Shown here: in pieces, positions 1 through 13,617 of the stretch
Numbering within the stretch: the first letter of the stretch is position 1
How the letters are laid out: each line of letters starts with the position of its first letter
DNA from: Lingula anatina
Lineage: Eukaryota; Animalia; Brachiopoda
Reading direction: 5' to 3'
Length of the DNA stretch: 64,000 bases
Assembly (NCBI GenBank): GCA_051362555.1
Contig: CM120649.1
Coordinates: 3,224,001-3,288,000 of the forward strand
Notes under the pieces: generated by a model
What the model was told of the DNA's origin: nothing
Database searches by the model: none
What the model saw: the letters and a program-made list of their open reading frames with translations, nothing else
Program-made: the position numbers and the translations under genes

Positions 1-590
1 AGGGAAGGGGCGTATTCTATAGACTTTAGTGCGAGTAGGTCTGCTCTATCCAGTGCATAATATAAAGTATAATAAAAGGTGTTCCAAGTCAAATTTACGC
101 TAAATTGTTGACACGGGGTGACTTGTCCACGTGGGAACGGGAATGCAGATGCTTTGCTATTGGAAGGGAATGTTCTAGTCCCTGGGAACCTTTTCGCGTT
201 TGAAATCAATAAAGAGCAACCACCGTGTGTTATGCCAATATTTGACTATTTGGATTTGAGGTCAAAACCCCTGTCGGGCGAGAATCTCGGACTTAAAGCG
301 AGAGTTGGGATTATATATATGGCACTTGCGTTATTACACAACCTGGGTTTCAGTGTATACAAATCGAATATACTAGTACGTCTAAGGTATATTCAGTATA
401 AGAAGTTTGAAATGGGCTAGTAAGAGGGAACTGTCATTTCATTGACCAATAGCACTAAGCTTTAACATTTTGAAATGAGGTCATACAATGTATTTTGTCC
501 CCTTCTTGGAAATTTGAACCAGAGAACCATAGAGAGAGAGAAAGAAGGGGGAAGGCGTGGATTGAAGATCTTCAAGGTATCTTCTCTCCT

Positions 591-745
591 CACCCACCCT
601 ATTAATTATCCAGCTTTTCAGGGAAAGGGCCTGGAGATATCTGTATTTTTGTATTTCATAAACCTTGTCCCCACTCCACCCTATTAATTATCCAGCTTTT
701 CAGAGAAAGGACCTGGAGATATTAGTATGTTAGTATTTCATAAAT
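591..745. repeat. Local tandem duplication (~85 bp unit, 2 copies)
   Basis: ccaccctattaattatccagcttttcag(g/a)gaaagg(g/a)cctggagatat...gtatttcataaa occurs at ~595-662 and ~676-744. Confidence 0.85.
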
Positions 746-3700
746 CTTGACATATGATGTGAAAAAACATTTTAAACATGCAATAAAAGCTAATTTTTTC
801 AGATGTTCTGGCATGGCATTTAAGGAAGGTAATAGGAACGTTTGCACGCACAATTGTACATAAAAATTAAATATTTTTTTTTCCTTTTTTACTACGCCCC
901 AATGGCATTTTAATAATAATAGAAAAGAAAAGGAAAATTTGCTAATACATAAATCATGATAGCAAAATGTTATAATTCCACGGATAAGTCAATGGCAGAT
1001 CTTATGGTAGTGGGCGGGGCAATGTCGGCCACGTGTCAAAGCCAAGCAAACCTTTCATAACTGTGCCTTACGGCAAAGTTTTAATCATCCAGTCTCGTAG
1101 TATATATATATATATATCTATATCCCCATCTCCCCTTAACAAAACCACGCCACAGACTGACTCCACACAGCACAAATTACATCAATTATACCATTTTGTC
1201 CAAGACTCAGAAAAACTCAGCAAAAGCACCACTTGTAACAAGGAGAAAGATACAGTTCTTATTTTATTTGACGCGAATGTTTGGACATCATCAGATACTC
1301 GTGGTCGAAGTGAATTTCTAGAGTCGTTTTCTATAAAATGTTTTTTCTTAACACAGAAAACAACGATAAGTCACTCGTATTCTTATTTGTCCATGCACAA
1401 TGGCTGTACCAGGGGAGGCCTTACACTTTCTGTTCCTTATTGAAAGCAAAATACAAAAGAGCGTCCTCAGACACAAAACCTGAAAAACATAATGGACCCT
1501 ACATCAACAAATTACTCATAGGTGTAAGGACGGTGACACACAGTGCTAACTATGGGAGTTCCATGTAATATGGTGTACAGTTACGTCAAATGGCCTTTTT
1601 TAACTCCCGGACAGGGCTTGTCCGCAGAGACAAGACAAAAATAAGTCACAGAAAAAGGAATCAACGCAGTTTAATAGAGGTAAAACAGGAGCTGGCCCTT
1701 ACCAATTTTCTACCGAAAGGTACTCCATCGGTTTTAGTTGCTACAAAATCAGCTGAATGGCCTTCAGTCGATTTTGTAACAGTAAGAGGCGGCTCTGGAA
1801 GAGAGGACCCGTCCCCCCGGTCACAGCTATCTGCACAGATAACACCAATGTATGGCAAAGAATAGCACCATTATTTGTCACATGATACCCTGAGTCGTGA
1901 CTTCCCAATGCCCCCTTTTTCTTCTGTTTTTCTACACCTTGCTATCAAATATCTCTGTACAAATAAGACAGATGACGAACCTTTTATTTTTTTTTACATT
2001 TCTTCGTGAGTTTTGTTATACAGTTAAAACTGCATGTCATCGTGTTCGGTAAGTCACTTGCCTGCTTTTGTTACCTATGGGGACGATTGAAGTTTAGATT
2101 CACTGTGTTTTTCACCCGTATAAAGTAAAGTTTGATAAACAAATAAAGGATAAAAATAAACACCTTTCATAACACGGGCACCCTGGGTTTCAGAGGACAC
2201 TTGACAGGCACACATCTGCACTGTACAAAACGACAAAAGAAATGTAGAAAGAGTTCACGATGATACTCAGGGTAAACATGTACCCCCCCCATCCCCCCCC
2301 AACCCCCCCCCGGCCACCCCCGATGTTGGTTTTTCACTAAACATTCACAGATATGTCTCTAGATAAATAAATGTGTCGCGTCTGAGAAAAGTGCACAGAA
2401 TACTATCTGCAACCATGGTAGAGGGTAGAGGGTAGTGGACCTCTAGCGTTAGTGGTAATGGTGTTAGTATTTCAGTTATTGCTGCCTTCAGTTACTTGAA
2501 TCATGGACAAAATTGCTATGTCCAAGGTTTGATTAAGGAGGTGGCTTACACATGTATTGGGTGGATAGAAAAACCGGCAATTATCTCCGCTGCTGTTGTT
2601 AAAATTTCTGGAAGCGACTTGTCACCACAAATCGGTGAAATTTATATAAACACCGCCCCGTATGCCAGTGCTTCTGGCATGTAAAAATTGGAGTTAAATC
2701 CTGACAACAGGGACAAAATGAATAGCCCAAATGTTTCAAAATTAACTGTCTGTCAGAAAAGCTGACTATTCAGTCATTCTTGGTACTCCTGCGTACTGCT
2801 TTGTCTCTTTTTTTAGTGATTTGAAACATATTTCGATCTCTTATTCTCTATCACAAAATAATGTGGTTGTTAAAGGTCACACAATGAGTGTAAGAAACTT
2901 AATTTTTCATATAGCGAAAAGCTGACTTCCCCGGGATATGTCCACCCTTGTCTATAAATAACCAAGGTTCACCATTTTTAAAAATAACTTTTTAATACTC
3001 AAGCTAATATTCGTCTCGAAAATGGGGTGGAGGACTGGGGAATTTCACTCTCAACATCAAACATTGCACATTAAAACATCGAAACGGGTTTTAGATATGA
3101 TTTTCTCAACGATTTTGGATGGGCTATGGTATATGCTCTACCAAAAGGCGGCTGGTTGATGGCAAAAATCCTTGCTAGGTCAACTTCCAAAAAGATTATG
3201 AATCATTAAATCGGACATTGCGATGTTGGTTTATGTTTTTTGTAGTTATATTCCTGATGTGATATAAAAGTATATGAGCTATCGAGAAAGGACCTAAGCC
3301 CTGAATGAAATGGGACCCAGGTAATTAATAATTAACTTAATGTCACTAGGCCACAAAAGACGTTTACTGAGAAAAAGGTATCTAAATGTAAATCTAAGGT
3401 TCATTGTATCCGCTCATTTGGTCGAGCTTTCTCAGTTTCTAGGTAGCAAGTCATCCGTATGGGCGATTAACTGGTGCTAAAACCCACCCTTCATCGCCTT
3501 CAATTGTGAACCTATGTCGCTGTTTGTAAAGACAGAAAACTTCAATGACAGTCAAAGACGTCAGATGTAGATGATGTACACAAACAGCACAGCACACGTT
3601 GGGCAATAGACAGACACATACTCAAGTAAACATTTTGAAAAAAAAAATAGACTGCCCAACAGTAAAAATCAAATATCAACAAAACAGTTATGTAAAAAAT

Positions 3701-4112
3701 CCAATTAGGAGGTGGGATTATCTGTCATTATCTTCGTGTTTCCTTATTGTACCTGGTTGCGGTTTGTGCCATTGTTGTTATGTCACAATGTCACCAGTTA
3801 TTACTTTCATAAGGTCTGACTGTCTATAACAAAGTATCCAGCAATCATTATATAATTACACGGTGGTAGATGGGCTATATACACCACTTGTACAGAAGTG
3901 AATAGAAGCTGTAACGAGGAATAATTTTAAAATTATTTTCATGTTTCTGTCCTTATCTATACGCATTGCCAGGTTTGTGTGTGTGAATGTGTGTGTGTGT
4001 GTGTGTGTGTGCATGTGGTGTGTGTGTGTTTGTGTGTGTGTGGGGGGGGGGGTGGTGGCGACAGGGACCCCTTTACCAAAATAGAGTAGCAGATTCTGTT
4101 CAAAATAAGAAA

Positions 4113-4147
<35 letters not shown>

Positions 4148-4856
4148 ATACATAAATAAATAAATATATTCAAAACATAGAAATGTTGACAGGCTAACTT
4201 TGCAGAAGGTATTGGGTTCATTTTAGATGTTTATAATCCGCCTGTTGTGTGGTAGTCATATATCGCTGCAAAGAACTTATCTTTATATTATTTGTCACAA
4301 ATATTTTAGCAAAACTTACTCCCATTTCTAGGCCGATGTCATCGTAACATTATCAAATACATATGCAACTCTTCTATGCTTGCAAAAAAGGGAAACAATG
4401 CTCTTTCACAGGTGCGTCTATGGGTCAAAGTCAAAGCAGTTAAGAAAAGTTATTCAAAGTATGCAAACTTTTTTTTGTCAAATAACCTCAACTCTCTGTA
4501 GAGCATGGCCCACAGAGGCAAATGATGTGACACTACTTGCGAGAAATTGTCACATTAAGGTGTCATCCATAGTTGACTGCACACAATCAATGCGTGAACA
4601 AGAGACACTATAGCCCTCGACAACATACGCTCCCAGAGTGTGTCCAATAGCCGATAGTATTCATATGTAATGATATGCAAAATGAGCGTTATAGTGACAG
4701 TTGCATGCAACTCGATATAAAAGAATAGATAAGAATTTAAAAAAAAAAGCAAGTTTAAATTGGTTACTTTTAGGGGCCCTTGGTTTGAATTGGCTTTCTT
4801 TCCAGGGGGTAGTAAACCGTGTGAAATGAGAATATGTGCCTCGGGTAAGACAGAAA

Positions 4857-4956
4857 ATGGGTTCGACCGTGCAGTATTTCACAACGATATATTTCAGGAT
4901 ATGTAGTTATCTAATTTGCCCTGTTGTGCTCATTATAAACACGTTTATTGTACAGG
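4857..4956 (+). CDS. Candidate signal-peptide first coding exon of LRP-like receptor A
   Basis: Encodes MGSTVQYFTTIYFRICSYLICPVVLIINTFIVQ+G and ends in phase 1 at a GC donor (CAGG|gcatgt). Joined to the exon at 6886 it reads ...FIVQA/SLTLLTW, a plausible cleavage site. Paralog B also has a phase-1 signal exon. The non-canonical donor makes this tentative. Confidence 0.4.
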
Positions 4957-6885
4957 GCATGTTAGATTACTCTCTGACCAGTGGGCTCCCTAGTAGTCTG
5001 TTACAATATAATTGTAGCGCCAATACTTCCATATTGGATACTATTTTACTAGTCCCTGGTCTCAGAGGGCAAAATTAGATATGGACGTGGAGATGCAGCG
5101 GGCCTGGGGGTTGTGGGGGGGGGGCGGTGACGCTTCGTTACAACATTATAAGCAATATACAGTAGGTAGCAATATTTTAACGAAATGGTCACATCCTTTA
5201 AACATGCTACAATAAAATTTTAAAAGTACCTCAGAATCTGATAGGCGAGTAAACAAGTGAAACTAATTGTGGCAAACGCGCATAACAGCAACAATTTATC
5301 TTACACCTTTTTAGACATATGACTTTTGGCTGAAATACTACTGTAGATCCTTTAGGCCTAAATGGTGTAAATGACAGGTTACGAAAGCGTCTCTTGTTAC
5401 CGAAGAACTGCCCAGTCCATGCGCTACCAATCAGATAACGAAGATCGAAATTAGGATCGGTTTTTTCGTTTGTCAGATGGCTACAAATAGTTAGATAGAC
5501 AAAACAAAACCGTTTTGGTTGGAATAAGCTTAGGCGGATAAAACGAATCGTCCAAGGGATAGATTATGGCTGCATTTTAAACCGCTGTGACGGTTAAATC
5601 AGTAAAGACGTTCAGGTACTTGACCCCACGCTTCGAGATGGTCCTTATTTACCACATGCAGCCAAGTGTTTTTATATAGCACGTTGTCATCAGGCACGAA
5701 TTCAGGGTACCTTTGTATCCAAAAGTAAATACTGTTATTGACAACGAAACGCTGACTGGGACCCATGAGCTGAAAAGACGGAGCGGGTCATGTCTGAAAA
5801 TAACTTATTGTATAAGAATGTTTTTGTTGTGTGAAATAAAAAGCTCAGTACTATAGTCTGTTTTTGAAGAAAAGTGTACTGGTATGTCGCACCTGGAATT
5901 TGGTCGCCGAAGTTTACAATGTTTTGAGGTTTCGTAATTGAAACAGTTCTCTTTAACAAACATGTTTGTCTGGGTTTAGAGATGTCCTTAAACTGTTATA
6001 AAAAGTAAACAACGTCATCACTATTTTGTATTTTTTAACCTTTAATCATGTTAGACACAGTATCTGTAATAAAAAGCACTATTTCTAACAATTTACAGCT
6101 GTGAGGTGATCATTTGTAAATAAAAGTACATGGAAATGGGGATGGGACAACCTTTTTGACCAATGTTGTATAAACAGTGGCTCAAAAGCTTGGAAGGTGC
6201 TTTCCTTGTGATGGGCTGATAAAAAAAAAAAAACGTTAAATTGCTGCTGGTATCCGCTTTCAGGGCTTTTTATATAGTTCTTGTTTGTAATAAGCTTCCC
6301 TTTATAAGTTCTGATAGTTCACGTTTGTTCAAAAATGGATTTGAATCCTGATGATTGCATGGGGATTGGTTTCGTTCATAGTGAAACATGTGAATGTCCG
6401 ATAGATGGCACGACAGTGCACAACAGATGGCACGTCTGATTGGTTAAATCCATGGGTATGCCTGAACCTCGTCTGAAGTACAATTCCTTTTGCTTTTCTA
6501 TTGGTTTAAGCTTAATATCCTGTAAGATAATAGTATATCTGATTATCCAACCTATTTATATTATATAAATATCACGCTCTGTTACCAGAGGGGAAATGTA
6601 TCCGTATATTTTTACGTTTCAGAGACCAAAAGTATTTCATCACATAAAAAAATCGCACTTTCCTCAATTCATTTAACGAGTATTTCATTAAAAATAAATA
6701 AAAATAGATAAATAAAACAGCATACAGTAGAAATATAAGTAACGATAGATATGAATAAGAGAAATGTAAATGGATAAATTATGATTATAATACATGGTTA
6801 TAATAATGAAGGAAATAAGACTACATAAACAAGTAGAATATTCGCCGACTCAACTTAAACTATATATGAACACTTCTCGTTGCAG

Positions 6886-7183
6886 CTTCACTGACCCTCC
6901 TGACATGGTCAGTTAAGAACGCCTCCGTCCATCGGCTGGCCACAGCGATCGGTGACCCCTCCGTGTGGAGCGCAGGCGGGTCGACCCCGCTCATTATGAC
7001 GATCAACCTTCCGGAGAACGGTTTTGTTACTCATTTCAGCTTCGACTACGTGGACGACAAGGGATTCTACGTGGACATCGGTGGATACGACATCGGCAGA
7101 CATGTCGGCCATATTCCGATCACTCAGGCGAACCTCATGAACCCAGATTTATTAAGTGCCCCTCTTGTGGACTATATAGGTAA

Positions 7184-7219
<36 letters not shown>

Positions 7220-9588
7220 GTTGCTTAGATACAATAGCCAAAGCAAATCAATGATGATATTAATAATATCACTCGTACAAATCAAAGTCACAATTTAAAA
7301 TAGCTGAGATAGTAAGTAAATTACATGTCGAGTCCGATTCGCTGTAAACTAAATTCACGTTAGTCTATCTGGCCCTACATGTACATGACGTTAAACATGG
7401 CAGCTTCATACATATTTTGATGTTGCAAGAATTAAGATCTTTGGACGATACCTTTACCAAGCAGATATCAATATATATATATATATATATATATGGACTT
7501 AAAGCGTGTATTTCATCTCATGGTAAGGTATGTCCGAAGACGTGGGCGGTTTAGCTGTGGACTGGGTGGCCAACAACGTCTACTGGACCGACTCTGTCTA
7601 TAACTGGATAGCAATGGCTCCTATGGCCAAACCGTCCGAAGAAGTCCACGGAAGTAACAAAACGGCTGTGGTGATTTCAAATAATTCGCCACGGGAATTC
7701 GGAGGAATTGCGGTCTACCCTCAGAAAGGGTGAGTGCGTCCAGTGGTATCTTATATATTAGAAGTTGAAGTTGAAGTTGAAGATAGAAGTTGGTTTGACC
7801 TTGAGTGACCATCGGAGTACAATGGCGTATTAATATAGTGTACGGCAGTTGGGGCAAGTGCCCTTGGCGTCATGAGCATTTAAAAGGGGAGCAGCCGAAA
7901 AAGTTTTATAAAGCATTGATTATAAAAAAAAGAGAAATTCAGGGTCAAGCAGAAAGACGTATAAACCAGAATTTGTAATGAATTTAGCTCGGCCGACCTA
8001 CACAAAAAATTATCATAAAATTCCGATTGGATACATTGCTATGAATGAATTCGCCTTGACCTATGAAAGAAAAGGCAATTGCAATTGGTGCAGAAAACAC
8101 GTGTCCGCATGTTGACTTCTTTTATTCCCAGGTACATGTACTGGGCCTCATACAACTCCAGCGGGACGATAGAGCGAGCTACGTTGTCTGGGGCGGAGCG
8201 TATCACGCTGGCCAAATTTAACATCACGAAGCCTCGAGGGCTAACGTTGGATTACGCCACGGAGCAGCTGTACTGGGTTGACGCCGCCCGGGGGACGGTG
8301 GAAGCCATGAAGATCGACGGAAGCGCAAGACGCACCGTGTATAGTGAGCCTGGCTCGAAGCTGTATGACATCGCCGCTTACAAGGTGAGCCTGTATCTAA
8401 ATTATATGACGTCATCGACGTCATGTGATGTCATATATTGCGAGCCTGTGTCTAATCAACGCATTATTATATCGCCGCTTAAAAGGGGACTGAAACGTTA
8501 AGTTACCTGTATATGTAAGGTTTGTAAGGTATATGCTCATGTATTAACTCATGACGATAGCAAGATGGGTTTGGCAAAATTTCTGGCATATCTTAAATGG
8601 TGTAGTTTTATGTTTACTACGGAAAAGAACATATGGCGTTTTCTTTTGGTGTTATAAATTTAACTGGCTCAGCAAGGGTATGTTAGGAATTGCACTGTCT
8701 AGCTGACGCCAAGTCTAAGGACTCTGTACTTCTTAACATGTATAACGCAGGCAATATCTGTTGGTAGGCCATTATCAACACCATCTACTGTTGACTATAA
8801 TATTTAACCTTAATAATGTATTTAACATTAATAAAAATCTCAGTTGCAATGCTCAGCTGCACAACATCATAACCTCTTTTGCTTGCTCCAGCAATTTCTC
8901 TATGTCACGGACCAGAACTCCAACGTCACCATAGTTCTGAGAAACGATTCAGTTAACCCAAGTGCTTACGTCATGAAGTTGAACACCTCCGTCACGCCCT
9001 ACGCCATTGGAGTGTACGCCCCGGATGTCCAACAGGCAGGAACTTGTAAGTAACAAGAAAATTGAGTCGAGTTTCCAGTTAAGTTGAATCGGAATAGCTC
9101 TGTGCCATCTGTCTCAGTTGTTTCATTAGGATCAGTTCAGTGTGGGAAGCCAGTTGAACCCTTTAGCATATTTGTAAACTTACGGCAACAGGAACATTAG
9201 TGCCATAACTAATATGCCAATTTATTGGCTTTATAATATACGGAATAGTTTATATTTGGTGGATGATTACATAGACACATGCCACGTGTATTATTCACAA
9301 TTACACCAAATTAACTACATTTAACCATAAATCACTACCAATAAAAACAATAGAGGTCACCGTGTAACCAGGACAAGACAGGACTTTTCCCATTTCAGAG
9401 ATTAGTGACGTATGCCCTACGTAACTTAATGACAATGAGGTAACAAACGGTTTACTTTATCTAAATTGTCTGTATTGTCATTGTAATCAGGCTCCAAGTT
9501 CCGCAAAAGAATATAAACCTGAAAATACTCAAATGAAGTTATAAAGCCGAAAAAGCAATAAATAACATTTCTAATTTCTAATGTTTAC

Positions 9589-9653
<65 letters not shown>

Positions 9654-12600
9654 CAAGATTTCTATTCCAGCGAGCTGCCCCCAAAGAGGTTGTGACCACA
9701 TGTGTGTCTCCCAGCCCATGGGCGCCACCAGGTGTCTCTGTGCAGTCGGCTGGACGCAAAATGGCACCAGCTGTACCGGTCAGTTTTCAGCCATTTTTGA
9801 ATAATTAAAATTGTTCATTATTGATTGTGATGTCAGTGTTCTCGGTCGTCTTGCAGCATACATGTACTATAAGTGAGAGTTTTTCATTGTGAGAATTATT
9901 CTTTAGACATGCTTAGAGACTAAATATGGTGCACGGAAAGGCTGTGGTTGGCTGATATCCTGTTATTATAATTCTCCAATTGAAGAATAATTCTACTCAA
10001 TCTTGCAGTTGTAGTACACATAGACCCCATTTTCAGAGATTAGATCGATCTACTTTAGATCGACCTAACTCCCTGGGGGTTCACGCTAAATAGCTGTCAG
10101 CCGAGCGGACACAAAAGTTAATTACCGCCTTACAGCTTGTAGTAGTTGGGACGGACATTAAGGCCGGATTATCTGACAGTTATTTAGTGAGACTCCCTGC
10201 GGGGATAGATCGATCTAAAAGCTCTGGGAATACAGCCATAAATAAAGGATACAAGTGGATGTAATAGAATGGACGGAATAATATCCGATCCACTGCTTTA
10301 TATATATATAGAGAGAGAGAGATAGAGAGAGAAGGAGAGAGTGCGTGCGTGCATGTCGTTAAATATGCATTTTAACAGCGCATTTTTACACATTCTAAGT
10401 GCTTCTTTTTCACCAGACGTTTTACTCTTATTTCTGTTCACTTTCAGCAAACTCGACCATAATTAAACCCAATTTCTTCTACTCTGGAGGGAGCTACATA
10501 CAGACGTATCCATTCAATTTTGCGGACCGTTTACCGGCCGATATCTCCTACCACAGCCAGAATGACATCATACAGGGAAGCATATTCTCTTACCATAACT
10601 TCCAAGCTCTCGGATTAGATGTAAAGGGAAGCAAGCTTTTCCTTGGCGACACGTCGTACCGGTCCATTTACACCCTCAATCTGATCAGACCCGAGTCTGA
10701 CCTCATCCAAATAATCGCTGGAGTGAATGGGGTCGGAGGTGAGAAAATCTCTCTCTTTCTCTCACTTTTATCACTGCTTGCCCGTCTCTCTCTCTTTCTC
10801 TCTCTCACTCTCCCTCTGTTTCCATTTTTTATTTCGTTTTGCATTCAGATTGCGTGTCATTTATTTGTGACTTGCACCCATTGCTGAACTGATTTTGAAA
10901 CAGGGGTGTTCAGACATTTTGCCTCTTGATTTTTGACAAATGCTTATCAGAGGAAAATAAAATAATAATAATAATGATAAAACATTTATTAGCTACATAT
11001 AGATCTTTGTGTACTTAGTTGACCCATTTTATTGGAAGGGTCCAAATATGGGATGCTCTATATAAGACGTTTGTTTGGAAACCAACAACAAACCTTGCAA
11101 CTTTTTTTTCAGGTCTGGCAATTGACTGGCTCAACTCTCACATCTACTGGACGGAGAAAGTTTACAAAACTCTACAGGTTGCCAAACTTGACGGTGGGCG
11201 GCAGACGATATTAAAGACTAATCTCTCTTCTCCTGGTTCCGTTGTTGTTGATCCCTTGAGAGGGTGAGTACTTGGGATGTGGACGTGGCTGTTAAGTATT
11301 GCACATATTTTGTTCTCGGAAAAGGACTCGGACACAATATTTTCAAAACAAGGTGTGTTGAATACAGTGTATAAATTCTGGCAGTCATATATCTGAAATA
11401 TATGATACACCTGTAGTTTTCAAATATGCGGTAAAGCACGCTAATGTTGACTCTATACAGGGTTTCGACACACAACAATACCATTGATTTCTTATATATA
11501 TTTTTTCCTACAGTCTAATGTACTGGGTAGAGACCTACGATCTAACGTACAGCACCATCTGGAAGGCAAACATGGACGGTAGCGGCCAAAGTATCTTTTA
11601 TAATACTTCACTGGGCAGGGTGAATGATATCCATTTCGATTTCTCGGATCAAAGGTGAGATTTCCTTTATTCTTAGACTAAAGCAACACATTACCATCAA
11701 GGGTATTGTTTTACACGCAAAGATTAAGGGTGACCGAAGCTGAAAATGTCGCTTACAGCATCTTATGTTTAGGGTGAGCTTCAGTTATAATTGTTAATTG
11801 CTTTAATTATGATATTGAAAGTAATTATATTGACTGGAAATATTAGCAAGTTTTGTTGTAAAACAAAAGAAATGGGAAAAGGAAAAAATCAGTAACTGAA
11901 TAAATAAATACGTTTTTCAGAATGTATTGGACAGATGGTACTACAGATACGATCATGTCGGCGGATGTGAACGGAAACAATGTAGCACTTATCTATAACA
12001 CCACAAGGAAGGAATTATTCGGGGTGACCACATTTAAGGCAAGTACTGCCCCCGGTTTTCACACACACACAAACACACACACACACACACACAAAAAAAA
12101 AACCTTATGTCAGGTTTCCTGGCTAAGAACTTCATTACCAAGGTTACATGGTCACATGGACACATCCTACCCTATCAGGAGAAGTGTAACAGCAATCTCA
12201 TGGAAATCCTAGTCAACTAAGCCAGGGAACTGACTTAAGCTTTTTTTTGTGAAACTAGGGCCTGGAGCATGTATCTGAAAAGAACTTAAACTTAAAAACC
12301 GAAATTGTAGCCTACCTTTTAGGGGAACATTCAGATCGCACACATCGCACTAGCTGGGTCGGTCCACGAAATTTATAATCCCCCCCCCCCCCCCCCCCCC
12401 CGTTGAAATAGTCGAGTCATTACCGTATTACTGTTTTTTTTTCAACAGAACTACGTGATCTTTAATGACAGATACAGTGGTGCAATGGGCATCCACGCCG
12501 TGACCAAGACTGGACAAACTTTGGTGAAGGGAATTGTGAGAAGCGGATCTTATCATGACGCTCTTGACGTCATCACCTATGACGACAGCGTGCAGCCACC

Positions 12601-13262
12601 TAGCGGCAATGTTAGATGTAAATACCGTCCATGTGCAAGTCAAAATAGTAATAATTATAATAATCATCCATGTAGCAGGTGTAATATCTATTTTTTGTAC
12701 GTGTTTTAAAAGTGTTAAAATAACAGTCTCTTGAGAGATGGGACAACCTAGAAATAAGTACGCGTTTTTACTATCATCTGGACCAGATGCGTATTTTGAG
12801 TTCTGGTTCAGTCTGATTGGTAATTGCATCCCTTCTATCTGCATTTTAAAGACATCCTTTTCAATGGAATATATAACGAAATCTATGGTAACTGGGCTTC
12901 ATCTTAAAAAATCACTCTCAATTTCTTTTATACAACAACATTGATCATTCTTTCGTACTGGACATATCTGGAATTGCTGTTAATCGTGTAATATTATTAT
13001 GGTTCCAGTACCATGTAGCTTGGCTAATGGCGGCTGTGACCATCTGTGCTTGCCGACACCTATCCTCGGTTTCAAGTGCGCATGCTCTGTGGGTTTTAGC
13101 CTTACCGGATCAACATCTTGTACAACAAGTGGGTAGTTATGCTTACAAAAGATTGATTACTATTTAGTTTGCTATTTTTCGATTTATATATGTTATTTTA
13201 AGAGCTCGGACAGAATTAAAATTTATGAAAGTATTTTACACAAATATATTGGCTGAGTAAAA

Positions 13263-13309
<47 letters not shown>

Positions 13310-13574
13310 GCATTTGATGTCACAACAACTCGAGAACGCGAACATTTGCATTCTGTTTGGTTCTACAAAGGTGTTTTATTTGTGAGGACATGCAAATACT
13401 GGGGGTGCAAGTATGACAGTGTATTGGTTGGTGTAATTTCAGCCTTGTTACAAGACAATTTTGTCTTGCTGACCGACCCAGGAAGAAAGGAAATTTTTCA
13501 GATCGCATTGGATGGGTCTTCTTACAACGCAGTCAAACTGGGATCAGATCACGACTACCCGAGGTAAGGCTGAG

Positions 13575-13617
<43 letters not shown>

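Noticed and set aside
118-1865. Plus-strand ORFs of 70-136 aa in the ORF track
   Set aside because: No recognisable domain or splice-consistent model; consistent with random ORFs.
1972-2048. ATG...CG|gtaagt hydrophobic mini-exon as first exon of receptor A
   Set aside because: Ends in phase 2, whereas the exon at 6886 needs phase 1.
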